Below are positions 18,203 to 27,946 of a stretch of 57,397 nucleotides of DNA, in pieces. Origin of the DNA: an uncultured Gammaproteobacteria bacterium (GTDB lineage: Bacteria > Patescibacteriota > Patescibacteriia > UBA1558 > GWA2-36-10). Position 1 is the first letter of the stretch. The number at the start of each line of letters is the position of its first letter. The notes under the pieces were generated by a model. The model was not told the origin of the DNA. It saw only the letters and a program-made list of their open reading frames with translations, and searched no databases. The stretch is from contig CAZRZA010000003.1 of NCBI GenBank assembly GCA_964604515.1, forward strand, positions 1 to 57,397, in the 5' to 3' direction. A program made the translations under genes and the position numbers.

Positions 18203-19588
18203 TTAATAACTTTCTTCTTTTTTAAACACAACCTTTATTGTTTTTAATAAAATAATTAAATCTAAAAGTAAAGACCAATTCTCAATATAAAAAATATCTA
18301 ATTTAGCTTCTTCAGAAAAGACTAAATTAGAGCGCCCAGAAACCTGTGCTAAACCAGAAATACCTGGTCTAATACTTAATAATCTTTTATACCCTTTTTT
18401 ATATTTACTAACCTCTTCTGGTTCATGAGGACGAGGACCAACTAAAGACATTTCTCCTTTTAAAACATTAAATAGTTGTGGTAATTCATCTAAACTATAC
18501 CTTCTTAAAAACTTACCTATTCTAGTAATACGAGGATCATTCTTTATTTTAAATAAAGGACCATCATTTCTCTCGTTCTTATCCATAATCTGATTCTTTA
18601 TCTTATGAGCATTATGAACCATAGAACGAAATTTATAAATATTAAATAATTTTCCTTTTTTACCAACTCTCTTTAAACTAACAAATACTAATCCTTTAGA
18701 ATCTAATTTAATTAATACTGCTATTACTATAAATAAAGGTGTTAATATTAATAATAATAAAGTAGATAATAATATATCAAATATTCTTTTAATAACTCTT
18801 TTCCAGCCCTCCAAAGGTGTTTCTTGTATTTCTACTACTGGTATACCAGCAATATTATCTAAATTAAAATTTAAACTTTGAGTTTGGAATAAATTAGCTA
18901 CATATTTTAATATAATATGATTTTCTTGACAAAAAGTTAATAAATCTAAAACACTATGCTTATCTATACTAGAATCCGTTTCTAAAATATAGTCTACTTT
19001 CCTTTCAGCTATTAATTTTAAAACTTCTTTATCTTTTTCTAAATCTTCTAAAGAATCATATTGAGCTATTACTTTAAAACCTAAATTTAATTTATCTTGA
19101 TAATTAGTAACTATTATTTTTCTCTCTTTACCCAAAATAATTAAAGAAGATAAACCATAACCTTTTTTAAAAAAATAATTCCTAATAATATAAACTAAAA
19201 AACGAATTAAAATTAAATAAATAATAGCAAAAAACCAGGAGAAGATAATAATAAAACGAGAAGAAAATAATTCTCTTTCTAAGAATATAGCTAAAATTAA
19301 AAAAACAATTAAAGTGGATACCCCGCTTATTATTCTTGGTATTTCTCTTACTAATTTTTTAGATTTCATATCATAGAAACCAGAAAAGATAAATACTAAT
19401 ATTCCAAACAAAGAAACTTGTAAAGTTAAATTAAAATAATTAGTAAAAGCCATATCATAAAAGATTGGCCTAAATTGAGTAATAAAAAAAGAAAATCTAA
19501 AATAATAAGCTGAAATAGCAGCTAAGACTAAGAGTAGATAATCTATGGGTAATAAAATAATATTTGTTATAAAGTCAGATTTTTTCAT
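18203..19588 (-). CDS. Polyprenyl-phosphate sugar-phosphate transferase (WbaP/EpsL-like initiating enzyme)
   Basis: N-terminal TM block, then the bacterial sugar transferase motif PQLFNVLKGEMSLVGPRP. Confidence 0.88.
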   Translation of the reverse strand: MKKSDFITNIILLPIDYLLLVLAAISAYYFRFSFFITQFRPIFYDMAFTNYFNLTLQVSLFGILVFIFSGFYDMKSKKLVREIPRIISGVSTLIVFLILAIFLERELFSSRFIIIFSWFFAIIYLILIRFLVYIIRNYFFKKGYGLSSLIILGKERKIIVTNYQDKLNLGFKVIAQYDSLEDLEKDKEVLKLIAERKVDYILETDSSIDKHSVLDLLTFCQENHIILKYVANLFQTQSLNFNLDNIAGIPVVEIQETPLEGWKRVIKRIFDILLSTLLLLILTPLFIVIAVLIKLDSKGLVFVSLKRVGKKGKLFNIYKFRSMVHNAHKIKNQIMDKNERNDGPLFKIKNDPRITRIGKFLRRYSLDELPQLFNVLKGEMSLVGPRPHEPEEVSKYKKGYKRLLSIRPGISGLAQVSGRSNLVFSEEAKLDIFYIENWSLLLDLIILLKTIKVVFKKEESY

Positions 19589-19594
19589 AATGGT

Positions 19595-19623
19595 ATTCTA
19601 TCATTAGCTATAATTTAAATCAA
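19595..19623 (-). promoter_or_regulatory. Promoter TTGATT-17-(TGA)TAGAAT, 6 nt upstream of the ATG at 19588 (leaderless candidate)
   Basis: Minus strand reads TTGATT-taaattatagctaatga-TAGAAT-ACCATT-ATG. Confidence 0.5.
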
Positions 19624-19630
19624 TAAAAAA

Positions 19631-19966
19631 AGGCTTATTTAATCCTATAAGCCGAATTCTGTCTGGGATGATCATCTATCTAGGCTTATAATTACTTATA
19701 AGCTCAAGCAGCTTACCCGATCAATTAAGATCCTATTTAGCTTTGCACCAAATAAAGTTTACCTCTTTTAACTTGTCGCCAAGTTAACGAATTAGCTAAT
19801 TAGCTAATTATTTCACCCTTATCCGTTAGGAAGGAATACTTTCTGCTGCACTTGTTCTAATCTATTTATTACTAAATAAATCAATTGGTGTTACCAATTA
19901 TTCTTTTTTGGTGTTCGGACTTTCCTCTTCTATAAATAGAAGCGATCATCTAGATTAAATAAACCT
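19631..19966 (-). ncRNA. rnpB: RNase P RNA, bacterial type A
   Basis: The minus strand carries GAGGAAAGTCCGAACAC (P4 5' strand) and ACAGAATTCGGCTTAT (P4 3' strand). It also carries AAGGGTGAAA, GGTAAACT and GGGTAAGCTGCTTGAGC, colinear with E. coli M1 RNA. P1 pairs AGGTTTATTTAATCTA with TAGGATTAAATAAGCCT. Ends are +/-5 nt. Confidence 0.9.
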
Positions 19967-19975
19967 TTCCAACTA

Positions 19976-20004
19976 TTTATACTATATTTTATACTTTTTG
20001 TCAA
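19976..20004 (-). promoter_or_regulatory. Promoter TTGACA-17-TATAAA for rnpB
   Basis: The -35 sits directly next to the upstream gene's stop codon. The predicted TSS coincides with the P1 5' end. Confidence 0.65.
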
Positions 20005-21096
20005 TTACTCTAAGATATATTCTAAGGATTCTTGAGCACATCTTTGCCAAGAAAAACTCTCTACTTGTTTTAAACTTTTATTTATTAATTCTTTTCTTAA
20101 TTCTTTATCCTCTATTAATTTATCAATAACCCGAGCTATATCATTGATATCATGAGGATCAAAAAAGAAAACATTATTATTAGTTATTTCTCTAAAAGAT
20201 GGGATATCAGAACAAAGAACAGGAACACCAGAAGCCATAGCCTCTATAACAGGTATACCAAAACCTTCAAATTTAGAAGGAAAAACAAAAAGAAAAGCAG
20301 CTGCTAATAATAATTGATAGTCTTTTTGAGGTACATATCCTAAAAATATAATATTATTATTATCTTTAGCTAATTCTCTAATTTCTTGATAACCATAATT
20401 ACCAGCTCGACCACCTAATATTAAAGGAATTTCTTTATTCTTTATCTTTTTATAAGCTTTTATTAAATTTTGAATATTCTTTTTTGTTTCTAATCTACCT
20501 ATATATAATAAATATTTATCTGGTAAATTATATTTTTCTTTAATACCTTCTTTTTCTTTATTACTCCTTACCTTAAAAGCTTTATCATTATAACCATCAT
20601 ATATTACTTTTATTTTATGTTTAGCTTTTGGATAATAATATAGAATATCTTTTTTGGTGGCCTCTGATATAGCTATTATTTTATGAGCTCTCTGAATAGC
20701 AAAAAAATGTGACACTCTTTGATATATTCTTTCTAAAGGATGATATAGTTCTGGATTTCTTAAAAAACCAAGATCATGAACTGTTAATATTATTTCTCCT
20801 CTAGTTAATAATGGCAAAGCATTAGTAGCAAAGAATTTATCAACTGGATGTATTATTAATTCTAAACTTAATCTTAAGTGTGTCCAAAGCTTAGAAAAAG
20901 GCCAATGTAATCTCTTTAAATAAAAATTAGCTGGAACTTCTCTTAATTTCTCAGCTAAATCATTATTAAAATAAATATAAAATTTATTTCTTTTCTCTAT
21001 TTTTTTAAACTCTTGATATAAATGCCAGGCATACCATTCTGTGCCTGTTTTATTGTCTTTATTAGCTCTTGTTATTTCTAAACCAATTTTAATCAT
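20005..21096 (-). CDS. Glycosyltransferase family 4 (start moved to MIKIGLEI; the track ORF extends to 21111)
   Basis: EGFGIPVIEAMASGVPVL. Confidence 0.82.
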   Translation of the reverse strand: MIKIGLEITRANKDNKTGTEWYAWHLYQEFKKIEKRNKFYIYFNNDLAEKLREVPANFYLKRLHWPFSKLWTHLRLSLELIIHPVDKFFATNALPLLTRGEIILTVHDLGFLRNPELYHPLERIYQRVSHFFAIQRAHKIIAISEATKKDILYYYPKAKHKIKVIYDGYNDKAFKVRSNKEKEGIKEKYNLPDKYLLYIGRLETKKNIQNLIKAYKKIKNKEIPLILGGRAGNYGYQEIRELAKDNNNIIFLGYVPQKDYQLLLAAAFLFVFPSKFEGFGIPVIEAMASGVPVLCSDIPSFREITNNNVFFFDPHDINDIARVIDKLIEDKELRKELINKSLKQVESFSWQRCAQESLEYILE

Positions 21097-21097
21097 A

Positions 21098-22111
21098 CTA
21101 TTTAGCTGCAAGAATACTTCTCTTATATGATTCTAAATTCTCTAAAGCAATGCCTGTTCCCCGAGCTACACAAAGTAAAGATTCATCAGACATATATACC
21201 GGCACTCCAGTTGCTTGAGCTAATAATTTATCTGTATTCCTTAAAAGAGAGGTACCGCCTGATAAGACCATGCCTTTGTCCATAATATCAGCTGATAGTT
21301 CTGGAGGAGTTTTATATAAAACAGACTTAACTGCTGAAATTAAAGCTTGTAATTCATTTTGTAAGGATTCGGTAATATCATCTGAATTAATAGTGATGGT
21401 ACGAGGTAAGCCAGTAATCATATCTCTACCTTTTACTTCCATAGATAGTTTCTCTTCTTTAGGTAAAAACTGAGCAGATCCTATTTTAATTTTAGCTTCC
21501 TCAGCTGATCTTTCTCCAATAGCTAAATTATACTTTTTCTTAATAAATTCTCTAATAGCATCATCATATTTATTACCACCTATTTTAACAGAAGAATTAG
21601 CAACAATGCCCCCTAAAGAAATAACAGCTATTTCACTTGTTCCACCACCCATATCTACTATCATATGCCCAGAGGCTGATCCTATGGGTATATCAGCTCC
21701 AATAGCGGCAGCAATAGGTTCTTTGATGATATAAGCTGCTTTAGCCCCAGCATTAAGTGTCGCATCTATTACAGCTCTTCTTTCAGCAGAAGTAATACCA
21801 GCCGGTACAGCTATCATAACTTCGGGACGAAATATTTTAATACCCCCTACAGCTTTATTAATAAAATATCTTAACATACTTTCAGTAGTACGATAATCAG
21901 CAACAACACCGTTTTTAAGAGGACGAGAAGCAACAATAGAATCAGGAGTACGACCTATCATTTCTTTAGCTTCATCACCAACAGCCATTACTTTATTATC
22001 TAAAACAGAAATAGCTACTACTGAGGGCTCATCTATAACAATACCTCTTTTTGGTATATATACTAAAGTATTAGTAGTTCCTAAATCTATTCCTATTTTC
22101 TTTACAAACAT
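21098..22111 (-). CDS. mreB: MreB-family actin-like protein, paralog 2
   Basis: GIDLGTTNTLVY and DMGGGTSEIAVISLGG phosphate-binding motifs. Confidence 0.88.
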   Translation of the reverse strand: MFVKKIGIDLGTTNTLVYIPKRGIVIDEPSVVAISVLDNKVMAVGDEAKEMIGRTPDSIVASRPLKNGVVADYRTTESMLRYFINKAVGGIKIFRPEVMIAVPAGITSAERRAVIDATLNAGAKAAYIIKEPIAAAIGADIPIGSASGHMIVDMGGGTSEIAVISLGGIVANSSVKIGGNKYDDAIREFIKKKYNLAIGERSAEEAKIKIGSAQFLPKEEKLSMEVKGRDMITGLPRTITINSDDITESLQNELQALISAVKSVLYKTPPELSADIMDKGMVLSGGTSLLRNTDKLLAQATGVPVYMSDESLLCVARGTGIALENLESYKRSILAAK

Positions 22112-22569
22112 TAACTTATTTTTACTATTTTATACTCTGCTATGCCACCTGGTAATTCTACTTGGCAAATTTCACCAATTTTTTTATTTAAAAAAGTTTG
22201 TCCTAAAGGAGAATCAACAGATATTTTACCAGATGAAGGATTAGCTTCGGTACTACCTACTATAGTAAATTCCATATCCTTCCCTTCTTTATTAACAATA
22301 ATGGTAGAACCAATATTAACTATGTCACCACCAGCTTTAACTTTAACTACTTCTGCTGTTTTAATAAGATGTTCTAATTCTAAAATACGTCCTTCAATAA
22401 AACCTTGTTCATCTTTAGCTTCATGATATTCGGAGTTCTCTTTTAAATCACCAAATTCTCTGGCAACTTTAATACGCTCTGTAACTTTTTTTCTTTTGTT
22501 CAGCTTTAAATCTTCTATTTCTTCTTTTAATTTTTTTAAACCTTCTTTGGTTAAAATATTATTACTCAT
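22111..22569 (-). CDS. greA: Transcription elongation factor GreA
   Basis: AREFGDLKENSEYHEAKDEQ coiled-coil tip plus a C-terminal FKBP-like domain. Confidence 0.92.
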   Translation of the reverse strand: MSNNILTKEGLKKLKEEIEDLKLNKRKKVTERIKVAREFGDLKENSEYHEAKDEQGFIEGRILELEHLIKTAEVVKVKAGGDIVNIGSTIIVNKEGKDMEFTIVGSTEANPSSGKISVDSPLGQTFLNKKIGEICQVELPGGIAEYKIVKIS

Positions 22570-22597
22570 ATATTTTTATTAATTAAATCTTAACAGA

Positions 22598-24460
22598 TTA
22601 TTGAGAAAAATACCACTCTAGAAATTCTCTAGCTACTGTTACTGCTAAACCAGTATCTCCCCCTTCTTCTACTAAAATAGCTATACTTATTTTGCTATTA
22701 TCATAAGGAGCAAAACCAGTAAACCAAGAGTGTGGTATTTTATTATTATTAAATTGAGCGGTACCTGTTTTACCAGCTACTTCTACAGAAACAGACTGCA
22801 TACTTTGAGCGGTGCCATCTGTAACTGTTTTTCTTAATCCTGCTCTTATTATACCTAAATTATCAGAAGATATTAAATTAGTCAAAATAATTTCTTTATT
22901 TATATCTTGATTATTAATACTTTTGACTAAATAAGGCTTAAAAGCCTCTCCTTGATTAGCAAAATATGACATTAATACTCCAGCTTGCAAAGGAGTAGCT
23001 GTTAAATATCCTTGTCCAATAGATAAATTATAGGTATCTCCTAAATACCATTTTTCAGCAAAAGTATCCTTTTTCCAAGACTTAGATGGTAAAAAACCAT
23101 TAACCTCACCTGGTAAGTCAATGCCTAGTTTTTTTCCTAAAGAAAATTCAGAAGCGTATTCTATTATCTTCTTAACACCTAATCCTTGATCTAAAAAATT
23201 ATTATTACCACCACCAATAGAGTAAAAGAAAGTATTTACTGAATCTGCTAAAGCCCAATAAATATTTGTTAAGCCATGTCCAGAACTTCGCCAATCTGGA
23301 AAGAAGTAATTACCAATTTCAACACCACCACTACTATTAATAGTAAAAGAATCATTTATGAGTTCTTCTTCTAAAGCAGCTGCCGCAACTATAATTTTAA
23401 AGACAGAACCCAAGGGATAGTTACCAGCTATTACTCTATTTAAAAGAGGTAAATCATTATCATTTAATATCTGAGAATATTTCTTTTTATCTAAACTCTT
23501 GGTAAAGATATTATTATCAAAACTAGGTAAAGATACCAAAGCTAAAACACCACCTTCTCTATCTAAAACTACTCCCGCCATTTTACTCTTATTATACTTC
23601 AGAGAATTAAATTGCATAATATTAAATAATTTATTCTGAGCTTTACTATCTATGGTTAATATTAAGTCCGCACCATTATTTGGCTCCCTAAAAGAAATAA
23701 TATTTTTCTCTCTTAATAAAGCATCTACTTCTATTTGTCTAAAACCATCCTGACCTCTTAAATGGTCTTCATAGATATATTCTAAGCCTGTTTTACCAAG
23801 ACGATCATAATAATTATAACCTTTTTTTAAGTCTTCTTTATTCACCTCTCCTAAGTAGCCAATGATATGTGCTATACCTAAAGAAGATAAATAATTACGA
23901 CGAGGTTCATATTTAACTTCTAGAGATTTTTTCTTTTCTGAAAGAAGCATTAATTTAACAGCTAATTCATATTCTAAATTTTCAGCTAACAACACTTTTC
24001 CCTCTTTATTCTCTATTCTTTCTCTTATCTCTTCAGAATCTAAATCTAATAATTCTTCTAATTCTAATATTAATTCTTCTAATTCTAATATATTTTCTAA
24101 ATTTAAATATAAAAAGAAATAAGAAGTATTAGCCAGTAAAGGATTACCAAACTTATCGTATATTAATCCTCTATTAGCTTTAATAATATCATTTTTAATA
24201 CGATTGCCTTCGGCTATATTTCGATAATATTCTCCTTTTATTATTTGTAGATAAAAAGCTCTGCTTAATAATATTAATAGTAAAAAAAGAAAGAAATAAA
24301 ATAGCCTTCTAATCCTTTCTGCTTTAAAAAAGTTCTTTAGAGAACCAGAGTTTTTAGAAAATAAAAACTCTAGATAATCTCCTGTATCTCTATCCTTAAT
24401 AAACTCAGATACTTTTGAGTCAATGATACTATCCTCTTTTATTTTAAAAGGATCTCTCAT
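22598..24460 (-). CDS. mrdA: Penicillin-binding protein 2 (elongasome transpeptidase)
   Basis: SxxK (GSVFK), SxN (DSVN) and KTGT motifs. It lies adjacent to mreD/mreC/mreB. Confidence 0.88.
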   Translation of the reverse strand: MRDPFKIKEDSIIDSKVSEFIKDRDTGDYLEFLFSKNSGSLKNFFKAERIRRLFYFFLFLLLILLSRAFYLQIIKGEYYRNIAEGNRIKNDIIKANRGLIYDKFGNPLLANTSYFFLYLNLENILELEELILELEELLDLDSEEIRERIENKEGKVLLAENLEYELAVKLMLLSEKKKSLEVKYEPRRNYLSSLGIAHIIGYLGEVNKEDLKKGYNYYDRLGKTGLEYIYEDHLRGQDGFRQIEVDALLREKNIISFREPNNGADLILTIDSKAQNKLFNIMQFNSLKYNKSKMAGVVLDREGGVLALVSLPSFDNNIFTKSLDKKKYSQILNDNDLPLLNRVIAGNYPLGSVFKIIVAAAALEEELINDSFTINSSGGVEIGNYFFPDWRSSGHGLTNIYWALADSVNTFFYSIGGGNNNFLDQGLGVKKIIEYASEFSLGKKLGIDLPGEVNGFLPSKSWKKDTFAEKWYLGDTYNLSIGQGYLTATPLQAGVLMSYFANQGEAFKPYLVKSINNQDINKEIILTNLISSDNLGIIRAGLRKTVTDGTAQSMQSVSVEVAGKTGTAQFNNNKIPHSWFTGFAPYDNSKISIAILVEEGGDTGLAVTVAREFLEWYFSQ

Positions 24461-24929
24461 TTTTATTAAAATTATAATACATTAAGTATAAACTAATGGT
24501 AATTAAAGTATTAATTATTAATGATAAACTAATAGTAAATAAATTATAAGTAATAAAAAAGTATTCTATATTACCATTTATTAAATAAAATAAATAAGTA
24601 AATAAATAATATAAGAAAAAAGAAATAAATATTAATAATAATATAGTCCAAATATTATTAATACCAAAAACTTCTTTCTTTAAAATGCTTATTATAAATA
24701 TTATTAGAAGAAATATAAAAGAATGTAAACCAAAAAAAGCTGTAAAAGAATCTAAAAATAATCCTGCTAAAATAGCAAAAGTATAAACTATTCTATAATC
24801 ATTTATTATTAAAAATATTAAGAGAGAAAATATTAAAAAACTTTGCCAAATTATAATACCCTTTATATTAAAAATAAAGAAAATAGCAGAAGCTAAGAAA
24901 AATAAAAAAATAGAACTTAAATATTTCAT
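24444..24929 (-). CDS. mreD: Rod shape-determining protein MreD
   Basis: A 161-aa polytopic membrane protein between mreC and mrdA. Positional and topological call. Confidence 0.7.
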   Translation of the reverse strand: MKYLSSIFLFFLASAIFFIFNIKGIIIWQSFLIFSLLIFLIINDYRIVYTFAILAGLFLDSFTAFFGLHSFIFLLIIFIISILKKEVFGINNIWTILLLIFISFFLYYLFTYLFYLINGNIEYFFITYNLFTISLSLIINTLITISLYLMYYNFNKNERSF

Positions 24930-25657
24930 AAACTAATAACAGCTACTAAATATAAACTTTGATAATTAAGCAAAGGAGATACTAAAGCTTTTTTAAAAAT
25001 ATCCTCTTCTTTAGAATCTATCTTCTCTACTTTACCAACCAATAAATTAGCTGGAATATTAGTATCTAAGTAAGAGGTAATTACTAAATCATTTATCTTT
25101 ATCTCTTGTTCTTTGGGAATAAACTCTAAGTCCATTCCCAAACCTAAAGAGCCCCTTAATATTCCAGAAACAGTTTCTGATCCTACTTTAACTGCTAAGC
25201 TAGAATCTTTATCTGTTAATAGTCTAACTTTAGAAGAATATAAATTAACCTCTATCACTTTCCCAATAATTATACCTTCATTAATAATAACAGCTTGACC
25301 TTCTTTGATATTCTTATCTTTTCCAATATCTATAATCAATATATTATTATTAACTTCATCTCTACTTAAAATATTAGCAATATTTAAAATATAATCTTTC
25401 TTTTTTTCAAAATCTAATAATTCTCTTAACAATTTATTCTCTTCCACCAAGCCCTTTAAAGATGTGTTCTCTATTAAAAGCTCTTGATAAGAGAGCTCTA
25501 AATCATCTTCTGAGGCTAATAAAGTATTAAAAGGTAAATCGGGTTGTATTAATCTAAATACTAAAGCTAAATCAAAAATTCCTCCATTCTTTAAAATGAT
25601 AAAAAAAATAATAAGCATTAGAGAAAGTGTAAATATCTTTATTTGTTCTCTTAGCAT
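24926..25657 (-). CDS. mreC: Rod shape-determining protein MreC
   Basis: TM helix, coiled coil and beta-barrel region (GQAVIINEGIIIGKV...SKVRLLTD). Confidence 0.82.
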   Translation of the reverse strand: MLREQIKIFTLSLMLIIFFIILKNGGIFDLALVFRLIQPDLPFNTLLASEDDLELSYQELLIENTSLKGLVEENKLLRELLDFEKKKDYILNIANILSRDEVNNNILIIDIGKDKNIKEGQAVIINEGIIIGKVIEVNLYSSKVRLLTDKDSSLAVKVGSETVSGILRGSLGLGMDLEFIPKEQEIKINDLVITSYLDTNIPANLLVGKVEKIDSKEEDIFKKALVSPLLNYQSLYLVAVISL

Positions 25658-25658
25658 A

Positions 25659-26711
25659 TTAATTATATCCTGAATCCTTAGTAGAAGGTAATAATATTTC
25701 TTTTAAATTCTCTAAATCATCTAAAACCTTGCCAGTTCCCCTAACTACCGCTGTCAAAGGTTCATCGGTAACAGCTACTGGCATTTTAGTTTCTTGAGAT
25801 ATTAAAGTATCAATACCACCCAAAAGAGCTCCTCCTCCTGTCAAAACCATACCTTTTTCATACAAATCAGCAACTAATTCTGGCGGAGTATTCTCAATAG
25901 TAGTTTTTATATTATCAACAATTAATTTAATTGGCTTAGCAATAGCTTCTCTAATATTAGCATCTGTTATTCTAACTTCCTTTGGTAAACCAGTTAATAA
26001 GTCTCTGCCTCTCATAATAGCATCTACTGTTTTCTCCACTGGTAATACTGACCCTATTTGTATTTTAATATTTTCAGCAGTTCTTTCTCCTAATAAGATA
26101 TTAAACTTATCACGAGCATATTGTACTATAGCTTCATTAAACTTATCACCAGCTAATTTTAAAGATTTCCAAGACACTACTCCTCCTAAAGAAATGACAG
26201 CTATTTCTGTTGTCCCTCCACCAATATCAACTATCATAGATCCGGCGGCCTGTTGAATTGGTAAACCAGCCCCAATAGCAGCTGCTACTGGCTCTTCTAT
26301 TAATAATACCTCTGAGGCTCCAGCACCCATCACAGCATCTTCAACAGCTTTTCTCTCTACTTCAGTTATATCTAAAGGAATAGCAACCACTACTCTTGGT
26401 CGAGGCATAAAAGTAAAGGATTCTCGATGCACTTTATCAATAAAATGTTTAACCATTTTTTCTGTTACTTCAAAATCTGAAATAACACCATCTACTAATG
26501 GTCTGGTAACTATAATATGAGCTGGAGTTTTACCCAACATTATTTTAGCATCTTCACCCACAGCTACTATTTTTTCATTACGAGTATTAATGGCTACCAC
26601 TGAAGGCTCATTGATAACAATGCCTTGATCTTTAACATAAACCAAAATATTAGCTGTTCCTAGATCAATACCAATATCTTTAGAAAAATTACCAAAAAAC
26701 TTTTTAAACAT
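25659..26711 (-). CDS. mreB: Rod shape-determining protein MreB
   Basis: GIDLGTANILVY, DIGGGTTEIAVISLGG. First gene of mreBCD-mrdA. Confidence 0.93.
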   Translation of the reverse strand: MFKKFFGNFSKDIGIDLGTANILVYVKDQGIVINEPSVVAINTRNEKIVAVGEDAKIMLGKTPAHIIVTRPLVDGVISDFEVTEKMVKHFIDKVHRESFTFMPRPRVVVAIPLDITEVERKAVEDAVMGAGASEVLLIEEPVAAAIGAGLPIQQAAGSMIVDIGGGTTEIAVISLGGVVSWKSLKLAGDKFNEAIVQYARDKFNILLGERTAENIKIQIGSVLPVEKTVDAIMRGRDLLTGLPKEVRITDANIREAIAKPIKLIVDNIKTTIENTPPELVADLYEKGMVLTGGGALLGGIDTLISQETKMPVAVTDEPLTAVVRGTGKVLDDLENLKEILLPSTKDSGYN

Positions 26712-27946
26712 TAATTGTAATACTTTTTAATTATTTTAATTACTTTAGATAATGATAGTATATTCTTTTCTTTATTATCTCTTTTTATTAATTCTACCCT
26801 TCTCTTATCATTTATTATTATTTGCCAAGGTATACCAATTAAGTCGGCATCCTTTAACTTCTTACCAAATGATATTTCTCTATCATCATATAATATATCA
26901 AAACCTAAGTTTTTTAATTTACTATATATTTTATCTACTTTCTTCTTATCATTTTTTACTAAATTTAGCAAATGAATATGATAAGGAGAACTTTCTTTAG
27001 TCCATATTATACCATCTTTATCATTATTAACCTCAACTATAGTACCCATAACTCTTCCTAAGCCAATACCATATGATCCCATAATTACTAATTTCTCTTG
27101 ACCATCTTTATCTTTATATTTTAAGTTTAAAGCTTCAGAATATTTAGTACCAAGTTTAAATATATTACCAGCTTCTACTGTTTTATGCTCTGAAACCTTA
27201 TTATTACATTCTGGACAATTATCTCCACTCTTAACTTTAGCTATTTCTTTATTCTGAGCCCAATTACATTTATTACATAATACTGTAATATCTTCTCCTG
27301 CTTCTGTTTTAACCATAAATTCATGAGAATACTCTTTACTCATATCACCCCCAGAAGCTTCAACAGAAAAAACCTCTAAGCCTAATCTTTGATATATTTT
27401 TAAATAAGCATCATGAACTTTTTGATAATATTCATTCATACTTTCTAAAGAAGTATTAAAAGAGTATAAATCTTTCATAGAAAATTCTCTCCCTCTTAAC
27501 AATCCAGATTTAGCTCTTTTCTCATCTCTAAACTTATTCTGTATTTGGTATAAATAAAGAGGTAAATCCTTATAAGATGTTAAATGTTTTTTAACTAAAT
27601 CTGTAATAACCTCTTCATGCGTAGTGCCTAAACCAATATTAGAGCCATGATGATCTTTAAACTGATACATAATAGGTTCCATATCTTCCCAACGATTAGT
27701 CTTATCCCAAAGTTCCTTTGCTTGTAAAGCAGGCATCAATATTTCTTGACCACCTATTTTACTCATCTCTTCCCTAATAATATTTTCTATTTTACGATAT
27801 ACTTTTAATCCTAAAGGTAGATAATTATATACTCCAGCCATTTGTTTTTCAATAAAACCAGCTTTAGTTAATAATTGAGCATTAATACTCTTTTCTTCTT
27901 TACTTATATCTTTTCTAGTTTTACCAAATAATCTTGTTTGTCTCAT
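26711..27946 (-). CDS. proS: Proline--tRNA ligase, bacterial type without the INS editing domain
   Basis: Class II motifs (FRDE..KSGLLRGREFSMKD; GSYGIGLGR) and an anticodon-binding C-terminus. Only ~35 aa, with CNKC...CPEC, sit where the INS domain normally lies. Confidence 0.88.
   Translation of the reverse strand: MRQTRLFGKTRKDISKEEKSINAQLLTKAGFIEKQMAGVYNYLPLGLKVYRKIENIIREEMSKIGGQEILMPALQAKELWDKTNRWEDMEPIMYQFKDHHGSNIGLGTTHEEVITDLVKKHLTSYKDLPLYLYQIQNKFRDEKRAKSGLLRGREFSMKDLYSFNTSLESMNEYYQKVHDAYLKIYQRLGLEVFSVEASGGDMSKEYSHEFMVKTEAGEDITVLCNKCNWAQNKEIAKVKSGDNCPECNNKVSEHKTVEAGNIFKLGTKYSEALNLKYKDKDGQEKLVIMGSYGIGLGRVMGTIVEVNNDKDGIIWTKESSPYHIHLLNLVKNDKKKVDKIYSKLKNLGFDILYDDREISFGKKLKDADLIGIPWQIIINDKRRVELIKRDNKEKNILSLSKVIKIIKKYYN

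Noticed and set aside
19791-19810. ATTAGCTAATTAGCTAATTA repeat/palindrome.
   Set aside because: It lies inside the RNase P RNA and forms one of its peripheral helices. It is not an independent repeat or operator.
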